Origin: Alphaproteobacteria bacterium | GTDB taxonomy: Bacteria; Pseudomonadota; Alphaproteobacteria; UBA828 | NCBI GenBank assembly: GCA_963667785.2 | Contig: CAXXMU010000008.1 | Span: 23,705-87,704 of the forward strand | Length of the DNA: 64,000 nucleotides | Direction of reading: 5' to 3' | Shown: positions 1 to 9,205 of the stretch, in pieces | How positions within the stretch are numbered: position 1 is the stretch's first letter | Layout: each line of letters begins with the position of its first letter | Translations under genes and position numbers: made by a program | The notes under the pieces: model-generated | Databases searched by the model: none | What the model was told of the DNA's origin: nothing | Seen by the model: only the letters and a program-made list of their open reading frames with translations

Positions 1-104
1 AGGAACTGGTGGCGGCGGCCGAGCGTGTCGAGAACGTCGCCCAGTTGCGCGGTGGAGAGCTCGCTCCGCACCGTTGCGAGAATCGTGTCGGCAGGCTGGC
101 TCAT
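1..104 (-). CDS. RraA-family-like protein, N-terminal fragment (gene runs off the window start)
   Basis: The ATG at 104-102 forms an ATGA overlap with the stop of the upstream yqjG-like gene (103-101). Hand translation MSQPADTILATVRSELSTAQLGDVLDTLGRRHQF resembles the N-terminus of RraA/HMG-aldolase family proteins. Only 34 codons are visible. Confidence 0.3.
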   Translation of the reverse strand, partial: MSQPADTILATVRSELSTAQLGDVLDTLGRRHQF

Positions 105-1090
105 GCTGCTCCTCCCTCGGCGGGCGTGCCGAACCGGCGGTCGCGGTCGTGCGGGCGCATGAAGTCGAGCTCCGGCCCCTTCGGCACGATGCGGGTGGGA
201 TTCACGGCGACGTGGCTCGCGTAATAGTGGCCCTTGATGTGCGCCATGTTCACCGTGTCGGCGATCCCCGGCTGCTGGTAGAGATCCCGCAGATAGTTGC
301 CGAGGGCGGGATAGTCCTCGATCCGGCGGCGGTTGCACTTGAAGTGCCCGACATAGACGGCATCGAAGCGCACGAGCGTGGGGAAGAGCCGCCAGTCCGC
401 CTCGGTGATGCACGCGCCGGCAAGGTAGCGTTGCGAGGCGAGCCGCGCCTCCAGCTCGTCCAGCGTCGCGAACAGGGCGTCGAAGGCGTCCTCGTAGGCC
501 GCCTGCGACCGCGCGAAGCCGGTCTTGTAGACGCCATTGTTGACGTGCTCGTAGATCGTCTCGTTGATCGCGTCGATCTCGTCCCTCAGCGCCGCTGGGT
601 AGAGGTCCGGCCCGCCGTCCGCCCATTCGTCGAACTCGGTGTTGAGCATGCGGACGATCTCGGCGGATTCGTTGTTGACGATGGTCTTCTCCCGCTTGTC
701 CCAGAGCACCGGCACCGAGACCCGCCCGGTGAAGTCGTCTCGCGCGAGCTTGTAGATCTCGCGCAGGTAGCGGGCGCCGTTGACGGTATCGGGGATGCAG
801 CCCGGGCCGTCGGAGAAATGCCAGCCCTCGTCGCCCGTGAAGGGGTCCACCACGGAGACCGAGATCGCATCCTCGAGCCTGCGCAGCGCGCGAAGGATCA
901 TGGTCCGGTGCGCCCAGGGGCAGGCGTGCGACACGTAGAGGTGATAGCGGCCCGGCTCGGCGTTGAAGCCCGACGAGCCGTCGGCGGTCACGGCATCGCG
1001 GAAGGAGGTGGCGGCCCGCAGGAAGCGGCCGTCGGGCGCGGTCCTGTGGTCCTCGTCCTTGTGCCAGACGCCCTCGATCATCCTGCCCAT
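101..1090 (-). CDS. yqjG: Glutathionyl-hydroquinone reductase (Xi-class GST, YqjG/ECM4 family)
   Basis: This is the C-terminal 329 codons of track ORF 101..1609. I moved the start to the ATG at 1090 (MGRMIEGVWHKDED...). It carries the family-typical CPWAHR motif (HLYVSHACPWAHRTMI) and a GST-like C-terminal domain. The upstream part of the ORF is Arg/Pro/Ala-rich junk. Confidence 0.9.
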   Translation of the reverse strand: MGRMIEGVWHKDEDHRTAPDGRFLRAATSFRDAVTADGSSGFNAEPGRYHLYVSHACPWAHRTMILRALRRLEDAISVSVVDPFTGDEGWHFSDGPGCIPDTVNGARYLREIYKLARDDFTGRVSVPVLWDKREKTIVNNESAEIVRMLNTEFDEWADGGPDLYPAALRDEIDAINETIYEHVNNGVYKTGFARSQAAYEDAFDALFATLDELEARLASQRYLAGACITEADWRLFPTLVRFDAVYVGHFKCNRRRIEDYPALGNYLRDLYQQPGIADTVNMAHIKGHYYASHVAVNPTRIVPKGPELDFMRPHDRDRRFGTPAEGGAA

Positions 1091-1178
1091 GCTTCGCTCC
1101 TCGGATGCGCGTCGCCGCGTGCGCGCGTGGCGGCGATCCTGCGCGAAGTCGCGAGAGGGCGCAATTCGGGCACGGCCC

Positions 1179-2033
1179 TCAGCCGGGGACGAGGGCGGCG
1201 AGCAGTCCGTAGTGATCCGAGAGCGGCAGCCTTCCTTCGCCCAGCGGCACCACCGGCTCGTCGAGCACGATGCGCGCGTCGGCGACCGCCACCGGCCGCC
1301 CGTGGTCCGCGCGCACGTGAACGTGGTCGACCCGGCGGGCATCGCCGGTCGCGCGGCCGCGGTTGAGCGGGTTCCGCGGGTCCCAGGTGCCGCGGGAGAC
1401 GCCGGCGGCCGCATCCGCGAAGCCGGCCGCGCCCAGACGCTCGCCCACCCAGGGCGCGGTGGCCGGACTGCAGTTGAAGTCGCCGGCGAGCACCGTCGCG
1501 CCGTCGAAGGGCGCCTCCGCGGCGGCGATCGCCTCGGCGAGCTGCGCGCTCCGCCGGTCGGGCGCGCCCCGGCGCCGCTGCTGCCGGTAGGCGCCGCCGG
1601 CGGTGGCATGGAGGTTGATGACGCGAACCCGGCCGAGGCCGGGCGTCGGCACGGTGCAGGCGAGCATCCCGCGCGGGCCGAAGAGCCCTTCCTCCGGCGT
1701 CTGCGCGGCGAAGGGGGTGCAGGCGGCGTTCTCGATGGCGTGGCGCGAGAGAGTGAGCAGGCCGGTGCCGTAGAAGCGGGTGTCCTCGGCGATGCCGGCG
1801 CGGTGGGGGTAGAGGTCGCGCAGCTCGGCTGCGAGCCGAGTCTTCACCCGCTGGGGAACCAGCTCCTGCAGCAGCGCGATGTCGGCGTCCACCGTGCGCA
1901 GTGCGTCGGCCAGGTGCGCAGCCCGGGCGGCGACGTGCGGCACGTCCGCGTAGAGCGGGGCGCGGAACAGGCGGATCTCGGTCAGGCCGGTGTTGAAGGT
2001 CAGGATGCGCAGCACCGGCGCGCTAACCCGCAT
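1179..2033 (-). CDS. Endonuclease/exonuclease/phosphatase (EEP) family protein
   Basis: Track ORF of 284 aa with EEP landmarks: LRILTFNTG near the N-terminus, LLQE, INLHATAG, AGDFN and a C-terminal SDHYGL motif. The ATG is at 2033, preceded by GGTGA. Confidence 0.8.
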   Translation of the reverse strand: MRVSAPVLRILTFNTGLTEIRLFRAPLYADVPHVAARAAHLADALRTVDADIALLQELVPQRVKTRLAAELRDLYPHRAGIAEDTRFYGTGLLTLSRHAIENAACTPFAAQTPEEGLFGPRGMLACTVPTPGLGRVRVINLHATAGGAYRQQRRRGAPDRRSAQLAEAIAAAEAPFDGATVLAGDFNCSPATAPWVGERLGAAGFADAAAGVSRGTWDPRNPLNRGRATGDARRVDHVHVRADHGRPVAVADARIVLDEPVVPLGEGRLPLSDHYGLLAALVPG

Positions 2034-2294
2034 TTTTCACCAGGGTCATGGCCTGCGCGACGCTGTCCGGCCGACAGGGCAGGAGAGGCGTGCAGCGCGA
2101 TGCGGGGACATCGGGCAAGCGCCTCGACGCACACTGTCGGCCGGAGAGCGCCGCCCTTCGGGTCGCGCCCAGGCGCCCGCCCGCGGCGTCGCGGGCCTCA
2201 ACCGTATTCCCCGATACGCTCTTCGGCCCGCTCCTGGCGGATCGAACGCCTGGTGCGCGACGCAGACCGCGACCATGGTGAGAAATGCGGGTTA
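2024..2294 (-). promoter_or_regulatory. Structured intercistronic region bounded by a 24-nt inverted repeat (22/24) that covers the eamA stop codon and the EEP gene RBS/ATG
   Basis: TAACCCGCATTTTTCACCAGGGTC at 2024-2047 is the reverse complement, with 2 mismatches, of GACCATGGTGAGAAATGCGGGTTA at 2271-2294. An internal perfect 11-bp stem pairs CCGGCCGACAG (2067-2077) with CTGTCGGCCGG (2134-2144). Confidence 0.5.
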
Positions 2295-3173
2295 ACGGCC
2301 CGCCCCGTCCGGCGCCACGGGCGGGGTGGTCCGATTGACGAGGAAGAGGCCGGCGAAGAGCAGCGCGACGGCCAGGGCGATCCACGGGCTCGGTACCTCG
2401 CCGAAATAGAGAGCGGCCCAGCCCAGGCCCACGAGGGTGCCGATGTAGCCGTAGGTCGAGAAGAAGACCGGCCCGGCCATCCGGATGATCTCAAGCCCGA
2501 GCACGAAGAATCCCGCCGTGATCGCGCCGGCGCCGAGCAGGGCCCAGTCGCCGTCGGTCATGGCGCCATCGAAGAGCCACCACTGGTCGGCGGCGGCCAT
2601 GACCGGCAGCATCAGGATCGCGCTGGCGAAGGCGATGCCGCAGGTGAGCGGAATCGGCTTGCTGTCCGCCGGGCGGAGGAGCACCACCGTCACGGTGCCG
2701 AAGGCGTAGCAGACCGGCGCGGCGAAGGCCATCAGCAGCCACGGCGCCATGCCGGGCTCAGGCAGCGTCGTGCCCGGCGCGAGCACCACCAGGATTCCGA
2801 CGAGGCCGAGCAGGATGCCCGCGACCCGGAGCAGGTGCACGCGGTCGAGCCTGAACAGGACCGAGAAGGCGTAGGTCAGGATCGGCGAGAGGGTCAGGCT
2901 GAGCGCGACCGCGCCGGCCGGCACGCGCGGCGCCGCCAGCGCAAGCAGGGTGTAGGGCAGCGCGATGCCGACGAAGCCGAAGATGAAGTAGAAGCGGATG
3001 TAGACGCCCGTCAGGCGCGGACGCTGCCCTAACGCAACGCCTGCGATTAGCGCGACCGCGCCCGCGACGACGCCTTGCCAGAAGACGAAGGGAAAGACCG
3101 GAATGCCCTCGGTGATGACGATCCGGTTGAGCGAGAAGCTCATGGAATAGCCGCAGGCGCCCACCAGCAGCAT
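2292..3173 (-). CDS. DMT superfamily (EamA-like) transporter
   Basis: This is the C-terminal about 293 codons of track ORF 2292..3590. It is a polytopic hydrophobic protein with two EamA-like halves. I chose the ATG at 3173; in-frame GTGs at 3209 and 3218 are alternatives. The upstream ORF part overlaps the SDR gene in another frame and is low-complexity. Confidence 0.8.
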   Translation of the reverse strand: MLLVGACGYSMSFSLNRIVITEGIPVFPFVFWQGVVAGAVALIAGVALGQRPRLTGVYIRFYFIFGFVGIALPYTLLALAAPRVPAGAVALSLTLSPILTYAFSVLFRLDRVHLLRVAGILLGLVGILVVLAPGTTLPEPGMAPWLLMAFAAPVCYAFGTVTVVLLRPADSKPIPLTCGIAFASAILMLPVMAAADQWWLFDGAMTDGDWALLGAGAITAGFFVLGLEIIRMAGPVFFSTYGYIGTLVGLGWAALYFGEVPSPWIALAVALLFAGLFLVNRTTPPVAPDGAGR

Positions 3174-3270
3174 GGCGAGCGGCACGAGGCGTCCGCCGCT
3201 TCGATCCACGGCGCTCACGCAGGCCAGGCGGTGCAGGGTCGGTGCGGCACGATCCGCCGCCCCTCGGCCG

Positions 3271-4041
3271 TCACGCGGGGAGCCCGGCGGTGAGGCCGCC
3301 GTCGATGACGAGCGCGGTGCCGGTGATCCAGCGGGCGTCGTCGGAGGCGAGGTAGACGAAGCCGTCGGCAATGTCGCGGGGCGTGCCGATGCACCCGAGC
3401 GGGGTGCGGGCCGCGGCGCCTGCGCGGGCGGCCTCCGGGTCCTCCTGCTCCGCGAGAAAACCGTCGAACATCGGGGTGTCGACGAAGCCGGGGCAGATGC
3501 AGTTGGCGCGGATGCCGGCGCCGGCGCCATCCAGCGCCATGCAGCGCGTGAGCATGATGAGCCCTGCCTTGGAGGCGACGTAGGCGGCATCCTGCGGCGC
3601 CGCGATGACGCCGGCGATCGAGGCCGTGCTCAGGATCAGGCCGCCGCTGGCCTCGGCGAAGTGCGGCCAGAACGCCTTCGAGATCCGGTAGGCGCCACTC
3701 AGGTTGATGTCGATCTCCCGCCGCCAGTCCGCCTCCGAGAGCTCGGCCACGCCGCCGAGGATGGTGACGCCGGCATTGTTCACCAGCACGTCCACCCTGC
3801 CGCAGGCAGCGAGCGCCGCTGCCGCCAGACGTGCCGCGTCGCTCTCGCTGGTGATGTCGGCGGTGACGGCGTGGGCGCTGCCGCCGCCGGCGACGATCGA
3901 CGCCGCCACGGCTTCCGCGCCCGCCGCGTCGCGATCGGCGCAGACCACCGCCGCGCCTTCCTCGGCGAAGCGGAGCGCCGTCTCGCGGCCGATGCCGGAT
4001 GCGGCGCCGGTAACGACGGCGTTCTTCCCGGCGAGTCTCAC
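3271..4041 (-). CDS. SDR family oxidoreductase (short-chain dehydrogenase/reductase)
   Basis: It has the TGAASGIGR Rossmann motif, NNAG and the catalytic YxxxK (YVASKAG). The start at 4041 is a GTG. Confidence 0.9.
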   Translation of the reverse strand: MRLAGKNAVVTGAASGIGRETALRFAEEGAAVVCADRDAAGAEAVAASIVAGGGSAHAVTADITSESDAARLAAAALAACGRVDVLVNNAGVTILGGVAELSEADWRREIDINLSGAYRISKAFWPHFAEASGGLILSTASIAGVIAAPQDAAYVASKAGLIMLTRCMALDGAGAGIRANCICPGFVDTPMFDGFLAEQEDPEAARAGAAARTPLGCIGTPRDIADGFVYLASDDARWITGTALVIDGGLTAGLPA

Positions 4042-4063
4042 GGGGGCGGGGGGCTGCGCCCGC

Positions 4064-5017
4064 TCACGCGGGCATGGTCTCGTTACGGCGCTGGGCGCGC
4101 TGCATCAGGATCAGGCCGATCACCGCGAACACGCTGAGGCAGATCAGGATGAAGAGCCCCAGCGCCGCCACGTAGGCCCACTCAAGATCCTTGAAGGTCA
4201 GGTCGAGGATGTAGACGGAGATCGACTTGGTCGCCGTTCCCGGCCCGCCGCCGGTCATCACGTAGAGGATGTCGAAGATCTTGATGCACTCGATGGTGCG
4301 GATGACCAGCGCGATGATCATCACCATCTTCATGCGCGGCAGCACGATGCGCCAGAAGCGCTGCCACGCGTTCGCGCCGAGCAGCGTCGCCGCCTTCATC
4401 TGGTCCTCGGGCACGCCCACCATGCCGGCGAGCAGGATGAGGAACATGAGCGGCGTCCACTGCCAGATGTCGGCGATCATCACGGAGATCATCGCCAGCG
4501 TGCCGTCGGCGAGCCACAGGATCTCGACCTCGGTGCCGCTGATCCGGCTGAGCAGGTCGTTGATCGGGCCGGTGCTCTGGAACAGCATGAAGAACATGTA
4601 GCCGGCGACCGCGGGCACGATCATCATCGGCATCAGCATGATCGAGTAGAAGACCCGCTTGCCCACGAACTTCTCGGCGAAGAGGATGGCGAGCCCGAGC
4701 CCCAGCAGGAACTCGATGGGCACGCAGACGGCGACGATCAGGAAGGTGCGCCCGATCGAGCCCCACAGCTTCCTGTCGTCGAAGAGGTCGCCGTAGTTGC
4801 CGAAGAGGTTGGCGCTCTCGTAGGCCATGTACCAGGGCGTGCCGTCGAGCGGCCCCCACCAGGTGAAGCTCACGTAGAGCTGCATCACCAGCGGGAAGGC
4901 GACGATGAAGAGCAGCAGAAGCTGGGCCGGCAGCGTCAGGTAGAGCCCGAGCACCTTGCCCTGGCGTTCCAGCGGCGTGAGCACGGGCCGCCTGCCCTCT
5001 GCCGCCGCCTTGCTCAT
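4064..5017 (-). CDS. Carbohydrate-type ABC transporter permease (MalF/UgpA-like)
   Basis: An internal ATG at 5017 (MSKAAAEGRRPVLTP...) forms an ATGA overlap with the upstream permease stop. The protein is multi-span, with an EAA-like loop region (EDQMKAATLLGANAWQRFWRIVLP). Confidence 0.9.
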   Translation of the reverse strand: MSKAAAEGRRPVLTPLERQGKVLGLYLTLPAQLLLLFIVAFPLVMQLYVSFTWWGPLDGTPWYMAYESANLFGNYGDLFDDRKLWGSIGRTFLIVAVCVPIEFLLGLGLAILFAEKFVGKRVFYSIMLMPMMIVPAVAGYMFFMLFQSTGPINDLLSRISGTEVEILWLADGTLAMISVMIADIWQWTPLMFLILLAGMVGVPEDQMKAATLLGANAWQRFWRIVLPRMKMVMIIALVIRTIECIKIFDILYVMTGGGPGTATKSISVYILDLTFKDLEWAYVAALGLFILICLSVFAVIGLILMQRAQRRNETMPA

Positions 5018-5874
5018 TGCTTGAGCGCTCCGAAGGTGAGGCCGCGCACCAGGTACTTCTGGATCGCGATGCCGAAGACCACGGGCGGCACCACGGCGAT
5101 GAGGCCGAGCGCGGCCTTGGCGCCGTACATCTGCCCCGTCATCGCCGAGGACAGCGAGTTCATGTAGACCGGAATCGTCACCCATTCCTTGCGGGTCAGC
5201 AGCAGGGCGATGACGTAGTCGCTCCAGTTGAGGATGAAGACGAAGAGCGTGGTGCTGGCGAGCGCCGCCTTCACCATCGGCAGCGTGATCTTCCAGAACA
5301 CGCGGAACCAGCTGCAGCCCTCGACGAGGGCGGCCTCCTCGATTTCGCGCGGCACTTCATCGAAGAAGGTCTTCATCAGCCAGAAGGCGAAGGGCAGCGT
5401 GACGATGCCGTAGATGAGCGAGAGCCCCCACCAGGAATCCATGGCGCCGATGAAGGCCCACATGATCATCACCGGGATCATCACCGCGAGCGGCGGGAAC
5501 AGCCGGAGCTGGAGGACGCCCAAGGGCAGGTTGCGCCCGACCATGAAGCGGGAGACCGCATAGGCGCCCATGGTGCCGGCGATGACCGCGATCGCCGTGC
5601 CGAGCAGCGCGGTGACGAGGCTGGAGATGATCGGCTTGGTGGCGGTCCGCTCGTGGGTGATGGAGTAGGCTTCCGTCTCGCCCGTGAAGATGTATTCGAA
5701 GTTGGCGAAGGTGGGCTCGCGCGGCAGCCAGTGCAGGTCGCCTGCGGTGGACACCCACTCGGTGTGCGGCTTGAAGGCCATCGTGGCCATCCACACCACC
5801 GGCAGCAGCGCGAGGCCCACGGCGACGAGGATCAGCGCGTAGCGCCAGAGGTGTGAGGTGTACGCTCTTTGCAT
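5014..5874 (-). CDS. Carbohydrate-type ABC transporter permease (MalG/UgpE-like)
   Basis: Track ORF of 286 aa with an EAA motif region (EIEEAALVEGCSWFRVFWKITLP). The ATG is at 5874. Confidence 0.9.
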   Translation of the reverse strand: MQRAYTSHLWRYALILVAVGLALLPVVWMATMAFKPHTEWVSTAGDLHWLPREPTFANFEYIFTGETEAYSITHERTATKPIISSLVTALLGTAIAVIAGTMGAYAVSRFMVGRNLPLGVLQLRLFPPLAVMIPVMIMWAFIGAMDSWWGLSLIYGIVTLPFAFWLMKTFFDEVPREIEEAALVEGCSWFRVFWKITLPMVKAALASTTLFVFILNWSDYVIALLLTRKEWVTIPVYMNSLSSAMTGQMYGAKAALGLIAVVPPVVFGIAIQKYLVRGLTFGALKQ

Positions 5875-5959
5875 CGCTACTCAGGCCGCGGTGCCGGGTC
5901 GGTCACGGTGCGCATGGGCGACCGCTCGCCGCCTTGTACCGAGCGCGGCCGGGAGGGGA

Positions 5960-5992
5960 GCGGGCGGCGCGCACACGCTGCGCACCGCCCGC
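5960..5992 (-). terminator. GC-rich intercistronic hairpin between the solute-binding-protein gene and the permease genes (attenuator or mRNA-stabilising element)
   Basis: GCGGGCGG (5960-5967) pairs with CCGCCCGC (5985-5992). An inner GCGCA/TGCGC pairing extends the stem. There is no clear U-tract. Confidence 0.35.
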
Positions 5993-6018
5993 GACGCACC
6001 GAATCGGCGCTTTCCGGA

Positions 6019-7596
6019 TCAGGCCTGGTCGATGACCGTCGACCAGCCGGACTTCGCGGCGTTGATAAGCTCGATCATCTTGTCCTCGCCCTTCTTCCTG
6101 AGGTGCTTGCGCCAGGAATCGGCGGTGTTCTCCATCGCCTCCTGCGACGAGATCTCGCCGGCGAGCGCGGCCACGAGGTTCTCGCTCAGCGTGTTGTGCA
6201 TCGCGAACTGGCCGGGGATGGCGATGGTCGGCACCGCCCGCGCCACCGTGCCCTCGATGATCGGCACGTGGTAGGGCTTGTAGGACTGGATGACCAGCGG
6301 ATCCTGGAAGTTGGCGAGCTGGAAGGGATCGAAGAAGCCGCCCGGGTTGCCGGTCAGCAGGCTGAAGATCCGCGTGGACCCCGACCACTGCAGCCAGAGA
6401 TACGCCGCTTCCTGGTACTCGCTCTGGGTCGAGACGCCACCATTGTTGCCGAGATAGATGGTCGAGCGCCGCACCAGGTCGTTGCCGAACTGGTGGCCCG
6501 GCGGCAGGAACGATCCCATCTTGCCGCCGATCGCGGTTTCCGAATTGTCGAGGAACTTCGGGCAGTTGGAGAAGGTGCCGAGCATGAACGAGTTGCCGTT
6601 GGCCATGTTCCCGTAATACTCGGGCCAGCTCCAGCCGAGGCCGCCCTTGTCCGACCAGTCGAGGCTCTTCACGTGCTCCTCGGTGGCCTGGATGCCCACA
6701 TCGGTGTCGATGAGCGGGTTGCCCTCGTCGTCGAACAGGTGCTGGTTCGGATTGTCCTTGCTGACGTAGCGGTTGTACCAGGTGCTGATGCCCCAGAAGT
6801 GGCTCATCATGTTGCCGTTGCCGAGCATCCCCTTGGAGGTGAAGAACTCGGCCAACTGGTCGCATTCCGCCCAGGTGCGTGGCGGCCCGATCTCCCAGCC
6901 GTACTTGTCGCCGAACTCCTTCTGGTTCGCCGGGTCCTCGGTGAGATCCCTGCGATAGACCCAGACCTGGGCGTCGCCGTCGTAGCAGACCGAGCGCGGC
7001 TCGCCGCCGTACTTGTAGAGCATGTCGTAGGACTCGGGCGTCGGCATGCCGCGCTCCGGGTCGGCGAAGTCGGCGCCGTGCTTCTCGATCCACTCGCCGA
7101 GCGGCGCGATGCCGTTCGCCTCCGACAGATCGCCCATGGCCGCGTAGCCGAAGGTGTAGACGTCATAGGCGGCGGACCCGGTGGTGACGTCCTGGATCAC
7201 CTTGTTGAACTGCTCTTCCGGCGAGACGGGGATGAACTCGAGCTTGACCCCGGTCTCGGCCTCCCAGATCGACTGCAGCGTCGGGCCGTCCGGCGGCCAG
7301 GGGTTGGTGAAGTGGCCGATGGCGCCGTCGGTCATCAGGATGTTGAGTTTCTCGGGCGCCTTGCCTTCCGCCTTGAGCGCGCGGATGCCCTCGACCGCGC
7401 GGCCTTCGGACATGGTCTCGTTGTACTGGTAGCGCTCCGCCCCGTCGAAGCCGGTGGGGCCGCCGGTCATCCCCGGCGCGAGGCCCGCCGCCCGTGCCGG
7501 GCGGATGAACTTGGGAGCGATTCCGATCGGCGAGGTGAGCACCACGCCTGCGGCGCCCGCTTTCAGCGCCTGCCGCCGGGTAATCTTGATCGCCAT
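6019..7596 (-). CDS. ABC transporter extracellular solute-binding protein with Tat-type signal peptide
   Basis: The internal ATG at 7596 is preceded by GGGGAGG. The N-terminus MAIKITRRQALKAGAAGVVL is a twin-arginine signal. The remainder resembles family-1 sugar/polyol SBPs. Confidence 0.85.
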   Translation of the reverse strand: MAIKITRRQALKAGAAGVVLTSPIGIAPKFIRPARAAGLAPGMTGGPTGFDGAERYQYNETMSEGRAVEGIRALKAEGKAPEKLNILMTDGAIGHFTNPWPPDGPTLQSIWEAETGVKLEFIPVSPEEQFNKVIQDVTTGSAAYDVYTFGYAAMGDLSEANGIAPLGEWIEKHGADFADPERGMPTPESYDMLYKYGGEPRSVCYDGDAQVWVYRRDLTEDPANQKEFGDKYGWEIGPPRTWAECDQLAEFFTSKGMLGNGNMMSHFWGISTWYNRYVSKDNPNQHLFDDEGNPLIDTDVGIQATEEHVKSLDWSDKGGLGWSWPEYYGNMANGNSFMLGTFSNCPKFLDNSETAIGGKMGSFLPPGHQFGNDLVRRSTIYLGNNGGVSTQSEYQEAAYLWLQWSGSTRIFSLLTGNPGGFFDPFQLANFQDPLVIQSYKPYHVPIIEGTVARAVPTIAIPGQFAMHNTLSENLVAALAGEISSQEAMENTADSWRKHLRKKGEDKMIELINAAKSGWSTVIDQA

Positions 7597-7819
7597 TGAT
7601 GCCTCCCCTTGCATGTTCTCGTTTGGGTGGGCCGTGCAGCCGAGCCGGCGCATTGCCGCCGCGTACCCTATACCATGCGGACATGGCCTCGCGCATCCTC
7701 CATGCGCCGCCCGACGGCAGGCGCCGGCTCTCGCGCAGCCCGCGCCGGCGGCTGTCATGCGGTTGCGCGAGGGGCTACAAGGGGGCGCGGCCGGGAGGCG
7801 AGCGGGGGAGGCGCACGGC

Positions 7820-9205
7820 ATGAGCGACGACTGGCACCGGATGAGCGCGCTCGCGCTCGGCGGGGGCATCGAGAGCGGCGCCATCGACCCGCGTGCGCTC
7901 GCCGCCTCCTTCCTCGAGCGGATCGAGGCGGCCGACCGTGACCGCGCGATCTACCTGCGGCTCACCGCGGACCGCGCCCGCGCCGAGGCCGAGGCCGCGC
8001 ACGAACGCGCCGGGCGCGGCATCAGGCTGTCGCCGCTGGACGGCGTGCCGATCTCGTGGAAGGACCTCTACGACAGCGCCGGCGACGTTACGAGCCACGG
8101 CACGCCGGTGCTGGCCGAGCGCGTGGCCGCGCGCGACGCCACGGTGCTGGCACGCGCCACCCGCGCCGGCCTCGTCTGCCTCGGCAAGACCAACCAGTCG
8201 GAGTTCGCCTTCTCCATCCTGGGGCTCAATCCCAGGACCGGCACCCCGCCCAATCCCTTCGACGAGGCCACGGCCCGCCTGCCGGGCGGGTCCTCCTCCG
8301 GTGCCGCCGTCTCCCTCTCGCGCGGGCTTGCCGCCGCCGCTATCGGCTCCGACACCGGCGGCTCCGTGCGTGTGCCCGCGGCCTGGAACGGCCTGGTCGG
8401 CCTCAAGACCAGCGTCGGCCGGCTGCCGCTGGAGGGCGTGCTGGGGCTCAGCACCAGCATGGACACCGCCGGCCCGCTCACGCGCGACGTGGCCGATGCC
8501 GCCGCCCTCTTCGCCGTGCTCGACGGGCGGATCGGCGGCGGCAACCGGCCCGCGCCGGACCTCGCCGGCGCCACGCTCGCCCGCGCCCGCCTGGCGCTGC
8601 CGACGACGCTCGTCTGGGACTCGCTCGATGCCGGCGTCGAGGTCGCGGCATGGGGCGCGATCGAGCGCCTGCGTGCAGCCGGCTGCGCCATCGAGGAGGC
8701 GCCGGTGCCGGAGTTCGACGAGGCCGAGGCCCTGGTCGGCCGCTTCGGCCCCTATCACGCCGCCGAGTGCCACGCCATGTGGCACGACGAGATCGAGGCG
8801 CGGCCGGAGCTGGTCTACGCCCCGATACTCGAGCGCATCCGCACCGGCGCGCGCATATCGGCCACGGACGCCGAACGGGCGAAGCAGGGGCTGGCCGCCG
8901 CCGCCTCGTCCCTCCACGGGCGAATCAGGCGCCACGGCACCCTGCTGCTGCCGACGGTGGCCGTCGGCCCGCCGCCCATCGCCGCGCTCGAAGCCGATAT
9001 CGAGGTCTACAAGGCGGCCAACGCCGCGATCCTGCGCAACACGCGCCTCGCCAACTTCCTCGGCTGCTGCGCGCTGACGCTCCCCTGCGGGCGCGATCGC
9101 GACGGCGTGCCGGTGGGTCTCATGCTGATGGCGCCGCCGGGCGAGGACGAGCGCCTGCTGCGCCTGGGCCGCGCTATCGAGCCCGTGATCGCTGCGGCCG
9201 GGTGA
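7820..9205 (+). CDS. Amidase (amidase-signature family)
   Basis: Internal ATG at 7820 (MSDDWHRMSALAL...). The amidase-signature stretch is GGSSSGAAVSLSRGLAAAAIGSDTGGSVRVPAA, and the catalytic Lys context is PISWKD. Confidence 0.9.
   Translation: MSDDWHRMSALALGGGIESGAIDPRALAASFLERIEAADRDRAIYLRLTADRARAEAEAAHERAGRGIRLSPLDGVPISWKDLYDSAGDVTSHGTPVLAERVAARDATVLARATRAGLVCLGKTNQSEFAFSILGLNPRTGTPPNPFDEATARLPGGSSSGAAVSLSRGLAAAAIGSDTGGSVRVPAAWNGLVGLKTSVGRLPLEGVLGLSTSMDTAGPLTRDVADAAALFAVLDGRIGGGNRPAPDLAGATLARARLALPTTLVWDSLDAGVEVAAWGAIERLRAAGCAIEEAPVPEFDEAEALVGRFGPYHAAECHAMWHDEIEARPELVYAPILERIRTGARISATDAERAKQGLAAAASSLHGRIRRHGTLLLPTVAVGPPPIAALEADIEVYKAANAAILRNTRLANFLGCCALTLPCGRDRDGVPVGLMLMAPPGEDERLLRLGRAIEPVIAAAG

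Noticed and set aside
2048-2270. A cobalamin-riboswitch-like stretch (GGGGAATACGGTTGAGGCCCGCGAC on the minus strand) in the eamA-EEP leader.
   Set aside because: There is only a loose resemblance to the AGGGAA...CGGTG...CCC core. No B12 box (GCCACTG) is present, and the downstream gene has no link to cobalamin. I treat it as generic structure; a cmscan would settle it.
7673-7707. Small palindromes CCATG-CGGA-CATGG and GCGCAT-CCTCC-ATGCGC in the SBP/amidase divergent region. Also the direct repeat CGTGCGCG-N3-CGTGCGCG at 12772-12790.
   Set aside because: Elements of 5-8 bp that are mostly GC are expected by chance in 70% GC DNA. They do not recur elsewhere in the window. They may be operators, but the sequence alone does not support a claim.
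9174-9205. A 32-nt convergent overlap of the amidase and gpmI 3' ends, considered as a possible antisense regulatory arrangement or mis-called stop.
   Set aside because: Both ORFs run to their first in-frame stops, and the overlapping tails are non-conserved, Ala/Arg-rich extensions. This is common in compact high-GC genomes and is not evidence of regulation.
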